Of a DNA stretch of 64,000 nt, positions 24,067 to 38,163 are shown one piece after another. The notes below the pieces were generated by a model that had not been told where the DNA came from, ran no database searches, and saw nothing but the letters and a program-made list of their open reading frames with translations. Within the stretch, counting starts at the first letter, position 1. The number at the start of each line of letters is the position of its first letter. The position numbers were made by a program, and so were the translations under genes. Origin of the DNA: Bigelowiella natans CCMP2755 (Eukaryota; Protista; Cercozoa); contig ADNK01002159.1 of NCBI GenBank assembly GCA_000320545.1, forward strand, positions 17,144-81,143, given 5' to 3'.

Positions 24067-26213
24067 ATATACATCCACCACGTGCATGATAGCACTCAGC
24101 ACAGAAACATGCTACTTCCACCTTCTCAGGATCATACAGGAACGCTGGTATATCTTCCGTCGGGAGATAAGCAACCTGCAAGACCAACAGGGTGATTAAT
24201 AAACACGGCACAAAACGGCGAAGGAGGACAAGGGGCGACACATCCTGAAACGGCTCATGCGAGGATATATGCTGAGTGTGTGCGTGAGGTTGGTGAAGCT
24301 TATACATGACAAAAGGACAAAAATGACAAAAACATCATTCGATTGTTCGTGTCCACGAGCTATCGTTCCATAACCTCGATGTTCTCTCCATCGTTCTCCA
24401 CGCCGCCTCCTCGGCCTTCCCGCATCTTTTCATTGACCTACACAACAATCACCGACGGTGCATCATCCTCGCGATCGTTATTCGTCTTTCTTCCCCCCCC
24501 TCTCGCACACTTCCCTCATCCTCTTTGAGCATCAACAATCCACCTGAACGTAGAAGACATCGTGAATGGAACCCATCAACCCAACGGAGGCACGGTAGCG
24601 GTTGACAAGCTTCAAATCGTCCGCGGATACTCGGTATCTGGAGTCATTGTTTCGTTCGTTACGATGGTGATCAGGAAGGATCACGGTGATAAATCATTTC
24701 CATTTTGATGATAGTCGTGTCTAAATTCTCGTTTCATAAATAGCATACACAACGAAAGATCCTAACAATTCTATCTAAATATATCTGTGTGTATATCCAC
24801 ACTGTAGGTATCTGTGTTTTCAGGGAAAAGAGGATTGGAGGAAGAGAGAGAGAGAGGGGGAGAGAGAGAGATTGGGGGGGGGTGAGTAACCCTGTCTCCT
24901 CGTAAACTTCCTCTGCGGCTATCTGACTACGTGATTTTCCCTTTTTATCAACGAGACCCTGCCAGTTATAAGCGTAACGTGGTTGCGCGTGTGAAAGACA
25001 GGTGTTGCGATGAGATATACGTCATCCTCACGATTTCTTCTTGCTACAACTTACTAATACTAACAATAATAATAGTAAATTTACCATCACGTCTTAGCTA
25101 TCATGCGTATTTTGCACAACTGGTGGATTCAGAAGTCGTAATGTTTCGTACCGCAGGCATCTCCAGTGTAAATCCCGCCGTTGATTTCGTTTTCGTCGTC
25201 GATGATGACAATGAAGATGATGAATCTGTGAAGAGGGAGGCATCTCAGGGTGTTGCTAGGGGTCAACAGGAGCCAGTGCTTATGGGAGAAGCAGTGACGA
25301 GGACATACGATGAACGATGATCGTTGTACTAAGGCTAATACGTTTGACCTTCACTGCTAACAGAGTCTCTGTAGTATACAGCGGGACGGAATTGTCTCAC
25401 GAGTATTATAGCATCCTTTTCAGCGTGGTGAACTAAAACGCACACAGCGTCGTGGCTGCAGTGATAGCGATTACACATCATTCGAATGTAAGTCAGGCTT
25501 AGCCGTGTACGGTCAGGTCTATCGAGTTTCCAGACAGTGACCAGGCATTAAACATTAGAACTACGAACGACAAGCCCAGGAGTTTACGGCAATACTCTCG
25601 TCAATTTTTCCTTCCATAAACGCCGAGCACGTCATGAGGTCATCTCTCTCAAAGAAGCCTCCAGAAGAAAAAGCTACCTTTCGATCAGATCCCAAGTACG
25701 CGCACGTTCGCCTTGATTAAACCTGTGCGTGATGGGTTCAACGGAGCGATTCATCTTAATCTCAATTTTTCGTTCGAAGTCACCGAATCCTTCGTGGCGT
25801 CATGAACTTGGACGGTCCCGGGTTTTCCTCCACACGAATGTCGCGAGGAAGCTGTGTATTGGTCAAAAAACTATCCTTAGTCTCTGCCTATGGTAACCGG
25901 ATGGGAGACTTTCGTGCACCATTCCTGCCCCCGTTCGATAAAATTCAAAATATTTCTTCATGCGACTGTGTTTGTGAAAAGAGAGACCGCAGGGCTTGTG
26001 CCACGTATCAGATCGTGTTCGATTCGCATTTGTGTTAGTAGTAGTAGTAACCGGCAAGTCTGGACTCTTGTCTGATGAAAAGGACCGCGCAATATATGCA
26101 GCGAAGTTTCGAGTACGGTGGTAATATCGTCGTGGGTATAACGCTTTCGTTGCCTTCAGGCTAGCGGAGGACATCGTAAATGCAAGGAGAAGCGACCGCC
26201 TTATGGCAGCCAT
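23779..26213 (-). CDS. NUDT14: NUDT14-like UDP-sugar/ADP-sugar pyrophosphatase (Nudix), about 10 exons
   Basis: RFNQGERARTWDLIES|HDAVCVLV...LVRQFRPAVY, GFTLEMPA|GLVDKKGKSRSQIAAEEVYEETG|Y (Nudix box), YRASVGLMGS, GGGVENDGENIE|V; ends ...VLRPAKL*. Confidence 0.9.
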
Positions 26214-26791
26214 CAGGATCTAATTTTCGCTACGACATCACCAGAATGTAGTCGTCACTCTTATTCGCAATTGATTTGCATATGAATTCATGTGTAGCTC
26301 CCATCTCCCCTGGATTACCAGAAAAAATCGACAAAATCTTTGCCCGAACACCAAAACTGACGCGTGTTGCCAATTGTGTTGCCAGAAGCCATCAAGAGTA
26401 CACTCACATTTCCAGGTTCTTAGTGGGTTGTATTCTGGACTGGATGTTTCGACTGGATTCAGTGCCATTTTCGCAGTTTCGGCCCGTTTTTCTCGGTTAT
26501 TGACAACTCTCCGTCGCGGTGGTTGTGTATGTTGCGCGCCAGCGCGGCGAACAAAAAATCAAAGCAAGTGAAAACTTTCACTCCCCCACGATCGGTCAAA
26601 AATCTCTTGAATTTCGATGGAAATGCGATCAATGTCTTGTCGCTAAAAGAATATCAAATGTGTTTCCATGTTCAAAGAATGATTTTGTTGTATTTGTTGT
26701 TTTCTTCCGTCTCGAACTTTCACATCTCAGCCCCTCAGTTCAACAAATCACATCTCGCGAGCGCTTTCGTGCTCCCATTCTCTCGAGTAAC

Positions 26792-28181
26792 ATGTCAGAA
26801 TTGAAGCCTGTTTCGAAAGTTCATCATGGGTTTATGAGAGCAACGGGGAAAAGAAAGCGAGTGGGCGGAAAGCCAAAACAGGATAAAAGGAGAAAAGAGG
26901 GTGGCGGGTCGCGTCCAGAGAAAATATGGAATTCATGGAATCTATTCCAAGAGAAATATGGGATGGCCAAACCAGAAGGAGAAAACAAGGAGCAAGTAGT
27001 TGAAGAAAATAAGGAACAGGATGCTTTCGCAGCGTTCCAGAAACTCACCCCTGAGCAAAAGGAGATCCTCAAGCGCGATGCTGAGGAACTGAATAAGACC
27101 GGGTGGGTGTTCGCACCATCCACACAACACAGCTATCAAATCTCACCTTGCCCCTTACCCCCTACAGGTTCGAGGAAATGGAACCAAGCCACGAAAAATT
27201 TAATCCAACTGCTTTTGGGAAGCTCATTGAAACCATGGACGCTGCGTCCGCAGATGCCTACGACATGTAAACACGAAGAACATGCAATGAAGCCTCCTCG
27301 ACGTCACCCTATCTGAGCTCAGAAGCGTTATCTTTTTGTTTTCAGGGGTGGAAGCTGTGCTTTCGTGCTCTACCATAAGGAAATGGGACGATACTCAAGT
27401 TCAGCCTCAGGAGAATTTGAGTCTCAGGCCGCGTTGGTTCGTCTTACAGACCTTGGAGAAGCGATCGAACACCCCAATGGAACTCCCCCAGACAAGTATT
27501 TACACCACATTTGCTGCCCTGCTTTCTCCTTTGTGTTGGTGTCTGCGTGTGATTGCCCAATGAGATACAGTAAGGAACACCCATCCTGACATAAATTCAG
27601 ATGGTCATCAAGGCTCGAAAGCAGCGCGAAGGGGACGAGGAAGCACTACCATAAGCTGGTGCGAAAGCACTTCAAAAACACCATGGGGACTGACCGCCTG
27701 CCTTGGAAGGCTTTGAATGAAGGCTCGAAGAAAATATCACACTGGCCATTAGTGCGATATCCTACCCACTTCCACCTTTTGAACAAGCCAGAATGCAAGG
27801 AAATACTCAAAGTAAAAAAACTGAAATTGATGAATCCTGAGTCGGATTCAGACTCGGAAAATGAGGGACCCGAGATGACTCCACATGGCACCTTCGAGAC
27901 GTACGCGAAATATGTGTTAGCAACGATCGAAATTCCAGACGAAGACAAGGGTGGCGTCGATCCGAGAGCACTGAAACTGCACGAATTCCTTAAACGCGAA
28001 ACATTGGCCATGCTGAGAGAAAGGGGTATGATGAGGACGAAACATAAACATAATCACTCTGCATCAAAATGTTGAGTTCTCCGAGAAAAGGAAAGACAGA
28101 TAGGATATCGATCCTGCGCGCCACATAACAGAACCGTATACCTTTTCCATTTTTCAACTGTTATGAAACCAGAAGCAACTA

Positions 28182-28233
<52 letters not shown>

Positions 28234-28811
28234 TCATACAATATTAGTATGGCCTGTTCAATGTTTCCCGTGATAAAATTTTCTCAGGATTCCGAGATCT
28301 TCCTTCAGAGCAGACGAAAGAGAAAACTAGCGATCTCACCCCGTTCGCACTGAAGGACGAGGATCAGAAGGGAGGGGAGAGGCCGGAGGCATCATTGTTC
28401 GCGCCTCCACCCCCCCCACCCCCACCGCAGCCACCACAAATCCCGCAGCCACAGATTGAGCCAGCATCGCAGATCGTAACTGCACAGCTCGTCTCATCAC
28501 AGATTGTGCCTCCTCCGCAGATTGACGACTCAGAAGCTCAGAAGACAGCGGTTTGTGGACCACGCCATTTCGAATGGGATTAACCAACCCTCCTAAGATT
28601 CGTTATTATTATTAATTACGTGCCACGCCGTGATTGCGTGCTTCTCAACGTCTCAACACAACTTGTGAACGCGAATGTTTGTACGCAGGAGTTATTGGGA
28701 GATGTAAAGCCTGTGACGACCGAGGCCGCCGAGACAGTGGTAAAGAATGTTTTTTCACTTTTTTGTTGTTGGTGGTGGTGGATATGTGCGATGTCCGCAT
28801 TGGAATGGCGC

Positions 28812-28862
<51 letters not shown>

Positions 28863-28967
28863 TTTATTCCATTGTAAGCACAACCTATTTGTGACACCTA
28901 TCATCACGAAGCGTGAATCTTATAGTCTCTTATCTTCTGGCAGGCACAATCTGTAACGAGTGACTGA
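26792..28967 (+). CDS. Nuclear protein with a degenerate HMG-box-like region and Pro-rich tail (about 7 exons)
   Basis: Basic NLS-like KRKRVGGKPKQDKRRK, then PEKIWNSWNLFQEK...FQKLTPEQKEILKRDAEELN (HMG-box-like helix 1 and helix 3). Phase-compatible GT-AG exons run to a stop at 28965-28967. Confidence 0.6.
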
Positions 28968-29097
28968 TAAGTGCAGACCATGGTAGTAAGAAAGTTGTGG
29001 AATAGAGTACAAGCAACACGGAGATGCTAAAAATTATGATGATGCTTACTTTGTTTTTAACCTAAGGCTAATACTCTAGTATACAAATATGCACACC

Positions 29098-29141
<44 letters not shown>

Positions 29142-29996
29142 AGTTGATACGTGATACCTAGCCTTAGTACCAGAATATGGTATTTCATGTGCTGCTGCTG
29201 ATGCTCTTTGTTGCACATATGAACGTATACAGGTAATTGCTCTTCAAAATTCTTCATCATAGCAGCACAGAAGTTGCCTAGGACAGTTCTTCTCGAAAAA
29301 TCACATTTTGTCGTTACGTGCAAATGTAAAAGTATTGCAATAAATCATTTTGATTCTGATCATGGTATATAGAGGCATTAACTTTGAAACAGTGTTCAAT
29401 CCTGGACCATGCCATGCTAGCATGCTGCGCCAACGTGCATAAAGAGAAAAATCTCTACATGTAGCGAATGACGCATTCGCGTCACAATGATCGTAGTTCC
29501 TATTGTGAGCAGGGCGCAGAAGCTGGCGTACACACTGCATGCAATTTTGTCATTGTTCGCGATCCGATGCGATGAACTTGCCGCAGTCGATCGTGCATGC
29601 AGGCGCGTGCATGTGTGCATGTTTCGTGTGGATCGATCGCTAGATCGCATCGCAGGTGCACGACTCGCATTGTTTGTACTTCAATGCTGGACGCACATTT
29701 AGACACGTGCTGTGTCGAAAAAGGACCATAGACACGGTGTACAATTCACATTCATGATGCATGATGCATGTGCACCTTGTCCGCTTCTAGCATTTCAAAG
29801 AACTGCATCACACTGATGAGTACGCTGATTTATATGGGTTGTCGCAGGGATAAAATGCTATGGTTTTTGATGTTTTTGGCACATTTTTATCTCTGATTTT
29901 GGTTTCCGAACAAAAACTGCATTTTGCCCCCGTGACAACCACAGGACACGTCGTCTGCCCTCTCCCCTTTCTTTGCATCCGAAGCCGGCCATTGAG

Positions 29997-31013
29997 ATGT
30001 TCCGACTGGCTCGACGCCTGGCCCTTGGGGCCTCGGCTTCATTCGCGACATCTGCAGCGGTTATAATTGGGGCGGAAGAGGGGAGAGGGGAATTCATTCT
30101 GCTTCTCACTTCCTCAATCGACTGCGCTTTCTCAGGTTTTGTATCTCTACGACGACGAGGTGTTCGACGCGGCAGTCAGGTGAGCAAAGGAGAAAGAGGA
30201 AGTACAACGGAACTTCTGGTTTAAAAAAAGAAGGGAAAGGAATCCTTATATTTGATGCAATGTTGTCGCAGTGATTGGGCTTGCCAAAGAACGATGCCTT
30301 TTCTTTTTTAGGGTGGGAAGATGCGGAGTCACCGTTGTCAAAATGACAAGTAGCTATACCTACCACCGATGGGGAATTGACGGCGAGGCCAAACGAGAAG
30401 CCACAAATAAAGCTCACAAAATGTAAACCCCCCCTTCCCCCTTGTTCCGACTTTCCAGCGATTTTACTTTATTCTATCTTCCTTACTCACAGAAATGCGG
30501 AGCGTCTTCGCGAGATGCTATTTCAAAACAAAGGCATATACATCAAGGTTTTCGCTCTAGATATAGGAGGCACAATTCTCAACACGAGTGCTATTTCTTT
30601 CTTCCTGTCTTCCAAGCATGTTTCTGTCTTTCAAACAAGGTTGGGCAATACCTTGGAACGTTGGACTATATGATTCCTACAACCTATGTGGAGACGATGC
30701 GAGGTCAATTTATCGCATGTCGGTATTTTGTTTGATGGTGACAGTTTCGATTCATGATGATTGTATTCTTCAACTAACTGATGGATGCTTTGTTGCGTTA
30801 TGGTCCAGGCTGCTTCGATGACGCGCCATCGAGTAAAACGAAACTACCTTTCCACAATTTCCTCGCATCTCGAACGAACAAAGCATTGACGACTATAGCA
30901 GTGCCTCGCAATTTTAAAAACTTGACCGCACACAGGGAATGGAGAGGATGATTACAGAAGAACGTGACAAACGAAAAAGCATAATGGCCGCAATACCGTG
31001 TGCTTGCGTACGG

Positions 31014-31044
<31 letters not shown>

Positions 31045-31602
31045 TGTGTTTGCTTTTTGTGTGTAAATTATTTTCATATAATTTTAGGTAGCTGGGAAGA
31101 GGTGGAGGAGACGATCAAGAATGAAATGAAACGGTTAATATACCCCAACGAAGAAGGATGATTTCGCACAGCGCCAAGCTGATGCGGCAAAATAATCAGG
31201 AAATGCTATCTTCTCAGGCCTATTAGCGGTATCTTCAAATATATCGACAAGAAACCAATCGCATCTGCTTCGCTTGCGCAGGTGATAACCTACTTTCAAG
31301 ACACAAATCGCACTGTACGAAGTAATACAACCATACGCTTTACAGGTTCATCGAGGTGTTACACATGACGGTGTCGAGGTCCGCAACCCCCCCCCCCCGG
31401 CCCTCTAGCACTTAATAACACTCGCGGATAGACGCTAGTGTGTATTTTAGCCATAGTTATTCCTATGCTCTTTACCACCAAAGATGATAGGAAAGAATTA
31501 ACACCAATACCCAGGTTAATTAATATCAGGTAGCAATCAAGGTGCAGCACCCGCATTTGAAACGTAAGCATAGCCCACTTTCTATAAAATATATATACAA
31601 TA

Positions 31603-31639
<37 letters not shown>

Positions 31640-34248
31640 TGATTATTTACGATAGGTATGGCGCGGACGGAAGTCTTTATTGTCGAAAGTAAAACAGAGC
31701 TATTTTTAAGCCTAAAATATTAACAAATATATGTGTATAATAAAAATATATATATGAATATACATATGTGCCAAAAAGACATTCGTTTCTCCTTTGTACC
31801 GTCGATTTATGGGTATTGTTACCAAGATGTTCATCTTGCAGAGCTGTTGGCCGCAATCCGCATCTTCCAGCCAGATTTTGGTTTCCAGGTGATATCGCCC
31901 TGTTTCATCGTTTCGCTGCGTATAGAGTATCCCCCCCCCCCCCCCCCCCCCCCCATCTTTTCCCACAAATGTTGTAGTACACATATAGGTAGGAGCGTCT
32001 GTGATTTTTTAAATGTATTTGTTGTCACGTGATGGTGGACTCCCCGTTGTGTCTGTGATAGTCTAACTCTGTTCTGTTGTTAGTGGCTTGTAGAGGAGAT
32101 GAAGCTCAATATCCCGAAGGTGTGGACCTCAAGAGAGAGGGATTCGTTGCCCGATGTTGTGCATGATCAGATACTCGTTTTTGAGAGACTTTGTCCGCAA
32201 CCCGTACGACACACACGGCAAGCACAACCTACGCATTCTATCTCCGTTCTCAATCTGTCTGTCTATAATATATAATACATATACATATATAAATATGTGC
32301 GTGTGTGTGTGTGCGCGCGTGTATGTGTGTGTTCTTATGGCCAGGAACTCAACTTTAAAGAAGAAGCCAGGAACGCAAATCGATGCCGTACTCTTCTCCA
32401 AGGTCGTTCGGATTTTTAAAAAAACTGTTTCGTGGCCAACAAATCAAGCATTGACCGGAGTAGCATGAATCATCCCGTGTTGCTCTAAGATTCCTCGTCA
32501 ATTGTCCCCTGAAAACACACCTGCTTCTTCACCGTATGTTCCGTCTCCTCCGTCTCCTCCTCCTCCTCCTCCTCCTCCTCTGTAGGCTTTGGTGACACCG
32601 TCGTTGTGCCAGAGATTCTGCATGAGCTTTCTACCGAGAAAGTCCTGACGATGAGCTTCGAGCATGGTTGCAAGGTGAATAGCAATCGCGGTGATAACAC
32701 CACGACTCATCACCCCCTTCTCCAATCATGTTCTTGGCAGATATCCGACAAGTCAGCGATAGAGGCACAGGGGATCTTGGCGCGAGACGTTGCGAGAAGT
32801 CTTTCTACGGTGTTCGCGGAGCTCATCTTCAAGCACGGGTAACAACAACAACAACAACAACAACAACGACGACCGTTTTCATCATCATCATCAGGGATGG
32901 GAGGAGTAAGGAGAAACCACACATCTGAGCAGCGTCGTCGAAATAGGGAGAGGGGTTAGGGAGAGGGGCAGAGAAGAGAGAGGGGGGAGAGATAAAGAGA
33001 CAGGGAGATCCTGCTTTTCCAGCATTTATTGAAGCAAACGTTTCTTTCGGCCTTCCCCATTTTCACTTCTTCTTCTGTATAGTTTCGTTCGTATTTGTCT
33101 TCGTTTCATCCGTCCTTTACATACACACGCCTCTCACCATTGCTACTGCTTCTCCTCTGCATCTCTTCTATATCACACTTTCGTGCCCCCGCGCTGCCAG
33201 ATTCGTGCACTGCGACCCTCATCCTGGTGTGAGGCGATGATGATGATGACGATGATAATGATAATGATAATGATGATGATGATGATGATGATGATGACGA
33301 TGATAATGATAATGATGATGATAATGATGATGATGATGATGATGATTATGACCAAATTATATCGTTTTGTAGTCACTGAAGCACTCACATCCATAAATGC
33401 AATTACACAGACGCACTCTTTCTCCCCCCCCACACTACCGCACCCATATCTCATTGTTGTTCTTCATTGGGTGCTAGGGAATGTACTCGTGAGGAGAAAA
33501 AGTAGCAGAAATAGCAACGATATGACATCTAGCAGTGGTAGTCAGAGAGTAGAGAGTACACACACATACACACACACACACACTGAGCATTATTATAAAG
33601 ACAAAGTCATACATACACACACCTAGCAAAAAGGCAAGAGAGCGGTAGAGAGGAGGGTGGTAACATATGAACTTAACGCTGTTTCTCCCTGCTTCTCTCT
33701 CCCTCTATCTCTCCTCAATGTCTCCTCTTAAACAATCAACCATTTAATCTCCGCGCTAACATAATCCACCGGTGTATTCCTGCAAATTGGTACTCTCTAT
33801 GCGGCTGTGTTACGCGAAAGATGAGCGCCACGGTGTGCAGCTCGTGATATTAGACCATGGACTTTACAGGTAGTTCTGCTGGTAAAAAAAAAAAGCGCGT
33901 GCGCGGGGGGAGGGGGGGGGGGTTGAAGTGGGAAATCATGGTGCCTTTATGAAATCTCGACAGCTTTGTATTGAATGACCTGGTGCCTTTATGAAATCTC
34001 GACAGCTTTGTATTGAATGTCCTGACCGCCAACTTGATTGTTACTCTTCTTTCTCTGCTGCTGCTGCTGCTGCTGCGACTGGTGGCAACACTACCAACCA
34101 CATCACAGGGAGCTGGACGACAAGATACGGTATCATAGCAGACGTGTAGAGACACTTGTGTGAATATGCTTGTGTATGTCTCTGTGTATGTGTCGTGAAA
34201 CAAATATGTGTGGAGGGCCAAAGACAGACAAAGAGTATAAGAAAGAGA

Positions 34249-34293
<45 letters not shown>

Positions 34294-35046
34294 CTCCGAA
34301 GTTACGAGTTTCTTGCTGCTGCCGCACCAAACTTTATAGTCTTGAACTCTGCGAGATGTGGAAAGGCATCGTCATGGCTGACGCAGAATCAATAAAGGTT
34401 GCCGTTGGATTTTATTCCTCGTATGTGTGAGTATACCTATGGAGATGCGTGCGTGTACGTGCGTGCGTTCTTTGCAATGAGGAGGAAAAGGCGATATTTC
34501 TTCTCTATTTCCCCTACTAGTCCACACTGAGTGTACCGCTGCTGCTGCTGCTGCTGCTGCTGATACAGGCATCTTCAAAGCGGCTCGGGATAAGGTCAAA
34601 GTGGATGGACGAACGGTTTCCGGGAATGGTAGTTTGATGCTGCAAGTTCTGCTCTCTTCCTGGCTTTACATGTTGGCATCTGTGCAAAGGGCCGCTGTGT
34701 ATAGAGTAGCGGAACAAAACCATGCAGGCTGGCTTCTGAACTTCTCTCTTGCCATTGGCGGGTTTTTGTCATCAGGACCTCTCCCACACGCTGATTGCTG
34801 CGATGTTAAGTGCGAAAGAGTGGAGCGTAATCGCAATGCAAGGTGCTGGATTTCTATTGACTCTATAGAATATGAAGTGTGTACTCTTTCCTGCTATTTA
34901 CTACTGTAATAATCGGCGTGCTATTGCTGCACGTGTGCGCTCTTGACCGTGTGGGAAGTCGGAGGATCGATGGTTCTTCTCGCCGTCGTTCAAGTGTCCA
35001 ACATGTAGATTTTGTGTTGCAGCTATATCATATAGGTTTGCGCACA

Positions 35047-35090
<44 letters not shown>

Positions 35091-36096
35091 AATATATGTG
35101 TGTGTGCGTGTGTGTGTGTGTAAATTGCTTATTCGGTAGGAAATGCTCTTGATCGATTCGATTCGCGCGGAAGCCAAGAGGAACAGCGCAAGGCCCTCTC
35201 TGCAAACGTCTCCGAGTAAAACTTTGATGATTGCAAAACTTATGCGATGTCGGAAATGCTCCGATGGAAATATCAGCCACCACCCGTGTGTCTGTCAACT
35301 CTCGAACGAATCCATTCACAAAGCTGCAGTGCAGTGATTGTGTTTATAATCTATGTGTGTGTGTGTGTGTTGTTACCACATGGTGCATGGACATTAGGTA
35401 TCTTAATGGCATTGTGGACGTGCTAGAGTCATGCCCAAGGTGAGCAGGAAGCGACAAGAAATACCATCACTCTTAATAACAGTCTATCGTCATCCTCCCC
35501 CCCCTCTCCATAATCATCTTTTTCCTTTCACAGGGACATGCTGTTGATATTGAAGGCTAATGATGCACTGAGGAGTGTGTCCTCCCAACTAGTAATTCGT
35601 CATTTCTCTGCATAATCTCGTAACGCCCCGTCTACCCCCTCCCCCTCTCCCTTTCCCCATCGACCTGCTACCGTGTGTTTAAGCTCGCTTTTCTTACACA
35701 AATTAAGGGAGGGCTCAGCAGCGATACGTTTCTCATCACGGCACTAGCATCCTGTAAGGCACTTCTTGTTGATCCAAAAACTACTTCAAGACTGAGTGCA
35801 GCAAAGCAACACTCTTTCTGTTCTTCCTCACTGTCAACGCTCTCACGGAGGATAGAGCTATTACTGGTCGCATGCGATAAGTTTTTCATGCTGTTGTTCC
35901 AAGTGGTTTCTTTACCCCCTTTCTTCTATGAGTTGTTCTTATGCGTCTTTGTGCTGTGTTGGAACGAATGTTGGGCTGGTGAATGCAGGCTTATGCCCGA
36001 GTCAAGATCTTTATTTTCCTAGCTGATGTGCAATCATACGGAATGTGGAAGGCTATGAGCGATACCTTCCCCATTTGGCCGAGCTCGATACTTTAG
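29997..36096 (+). CDS. ADCK1: ABC1/UbiB-family atypical kinase, ADCK1/Mcp2-like (over 20 short exons)
   Basis: Mitochondrial-type MFRLARRLALGAS. Motifs NKGIYIK|VGQ (KxGQ), PIASASLAQ|VHRG, VAIKVQHP, ELNFKEEARNA, FVHCDPHPG|NVLVR, LVILDHGLY|RELD and DMLLILKANDALR. The last exon is uncertain. Confidence 0.92.
33235..33350. repeat. Long imperfect (GAT/AAT)n trinucleotide tract in an ADCK1 intron
   Basis: Read directly; it explains the poly-M and poly-I spurious ORFs. Confidence 0.95.
33939..34024. repeat. 42-bp tandem duplication in an ADCK1 intron
   Basis: tggtgcctttatgaaatctcgacagctttgtattgaatg starts at 33939 and again at 33981. Confidence 0.9.
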
Positions 36097-36589
36097 TTGC
36101 ATGCTACCAGCTGAACGGCTGATAATCTCACATCCAATAGTAGCTGTCCTTCTTTCGGTCGTCTCATTTCAACTTACTCGTGAGTTGTCACATTAGTTTT
36201 AGCTATTTGCTAACGCTTGCACTGAGATGTCAATAACTTCTTGTTAACCCATGGGTTAAGCTAGTTGTGTGCGATCACTCATAATTGAATGATACCCAAC
36301 CCAAAAATAAGTTGTACAATGTTGCCATTGCTTTTTAACTTAGCCATAAACTTATAAAACAATTCGGCGCTTAGTATTCCGAGCTGTATGTATCGTACGA
36401 TGCCGCGCGCGCCTCATCATGCTCGATTGCTGCCATTATACGCACAGCATTACTGATTTGCTTGTTGTCGGGCGAGCGCACTGACTACGTCAAATAGCTC
36501 ACAGCAGAAGGTGTCTTGCGTGCAGCGTTATATATGCATATGGCATGATATTGTAACCTGCGGCCTATATAAACATACTGTCTATACTT

Positions 36590-38163
36590 TTATGAAAATG
36601 GGTTCGATTCAGCATGCATGCACAATGCAGACATAGGCACCGAGGTTTCTGGAGCCTCAAAATCAGTAACATCAGCACTATTTTTACCCTCACATTTCTG
36701 CCCTGTATGATTATTATGCTGCATAGACCGACCCGAGCTGTTTTTCCCTCTTTCCAAATCTATCAGAAGCTGCCAAAATCCTTTGTTTGGGTACACATAC
36801 TTTCTCTTGGAACGCACCTACATTGCATGCGATTGATGAGCAGCAGAAAACAGTGTGTTTTCTCACCGAATGTAAGGATATGCACAGTATCAGTTTTTCT
36901 CATGCAAGCACGCGCAATGTCATAACGCAGGCCAATCTCATCGCTTATCAAACACTTATATTACCTTTGTGAAGGCATCCCTGAGCGTCAAATTGCGGTG
37001 AAGAAGCAGGAACGAGATGACCACCGTGCTAGATCGTGACACACCCGCCGAACAGTTGACAGCCACCGCCCGTCCTTGCTCCAGACTACGCGAGTTATGT
37101 GTAAATGAGGAGGAAGAAGAGAATAAGGAGGAGCCAAGAATAGCAGCTTTTCGGCTCGCTGTTTCCGTCGCAGTGGCCATTTCTACGATGGAACCTTTTT
37201 TGAATGAAGATGTGGGCGTCTTGTAGCAGACCACGGAGATTTTTCGAGTTACCAGAGGTATCGTCAATCGGCAAGCTCAACACACTTTTCACACCAGCCT
37301 GTAAAGTGTACATAGATTTACATCTTCAGTCAGGGAGATCCTTCACTTTCTATGCTATCGATGCGTTACGACTTTGTCAAGGTCCTCTTTGCTAGGCAAG
37401 ACCACATCATTTCCAGCGCAATTTAAGATCGCTTTGACATTTTTTCCCTGATAAGCGACCATGAATAGCCGGAGATAAAACAGCAGTGATGCGTCTCCTT
37501 TTATCATTGATCGTAGCGGCCGCTGTTGATCATTCTTGAATTCTGTTTTCGAAAGTCTAACCTGCAGCCATTGTAGGTCTCTCATCCGATGCGATCCTGA
37601 CAGCCATAAGTCCTAGAGTAGCGACAGCAAATAACATACACGCTTTTAATGGTCTGTTCCATTTATCTTCCACGGATACCACAATACTTCCGCTGCCGCC
37701 GTACCAACCTGGATAATCATAGCCGCAGCGGTCTCTCCAGAGTTACATCCCTTCATTTCCGGATAAGGTATGAAGAAAGAGACTAATTCCTTGCCGAACC
37801 TGCGTGAGCATGCTCTGGGATCAACTCGCAACATCATCTATCTATGGGAAGAAGAACTTCTCCGCTTTTCATAAATGGGGGAAAACCTAGGATATGTTAC
37901 ACATATTGAGTTGCCGACACTACCTTTTCTCGAATTCGGCCTTCTTCTTCTCCACGCTCTTTTCAAGGTTCTGCGAAGGGCACACAGTCAGCACTGCAGC
38001 CGACGCCGTTGTTTTCGGTTAGAAACGCAGCAAACGTCCACAGCGCTCCGCGCCCATAGACCTTCGCATAATCCCTCGGAGTGTTGCAGATCGCGCAGCG
38101 AGCTACCGTCGCATCATCGTGGAAAAATGTGCAGGCTCCGCACGCCCAGCCCCCCGATGCCAT
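36590..38163 (-). CDS. Dual-specificity protein phosphatase with N-terminal RanBP2-type zinc finger
   Basis: WACGACTFFHDDATVARCAICNTPR is a RanBP2/NZF finger. Then LWLSG, ILNCA, acid loop PIDDT, P-loop VAVNCSAGVSRSSTVVISFL and VRSKRKYVYPNKGFWQLL. Confidence 0.9.

Noticed and set aside
31346-31355. 10-nt microexon in ADCK1
   Set aside because: Extending the exon to 31378 gives the expected VHRGVTHDGVE|VAIKVQ, so no microexon is needed.
33173-33626. Poly-Ile/poly-Met ORFs and the many CVCV, HTHT, RERE and YIYI ORFs across the window
   Set aside because: Translations of intronic microsatellites.
36595-36620. GGTTCGATTC as a tRNA T-loop
   Set aside because: It lies in the antisense of the phosphatase last exon, and no cloverleaf can be folded.
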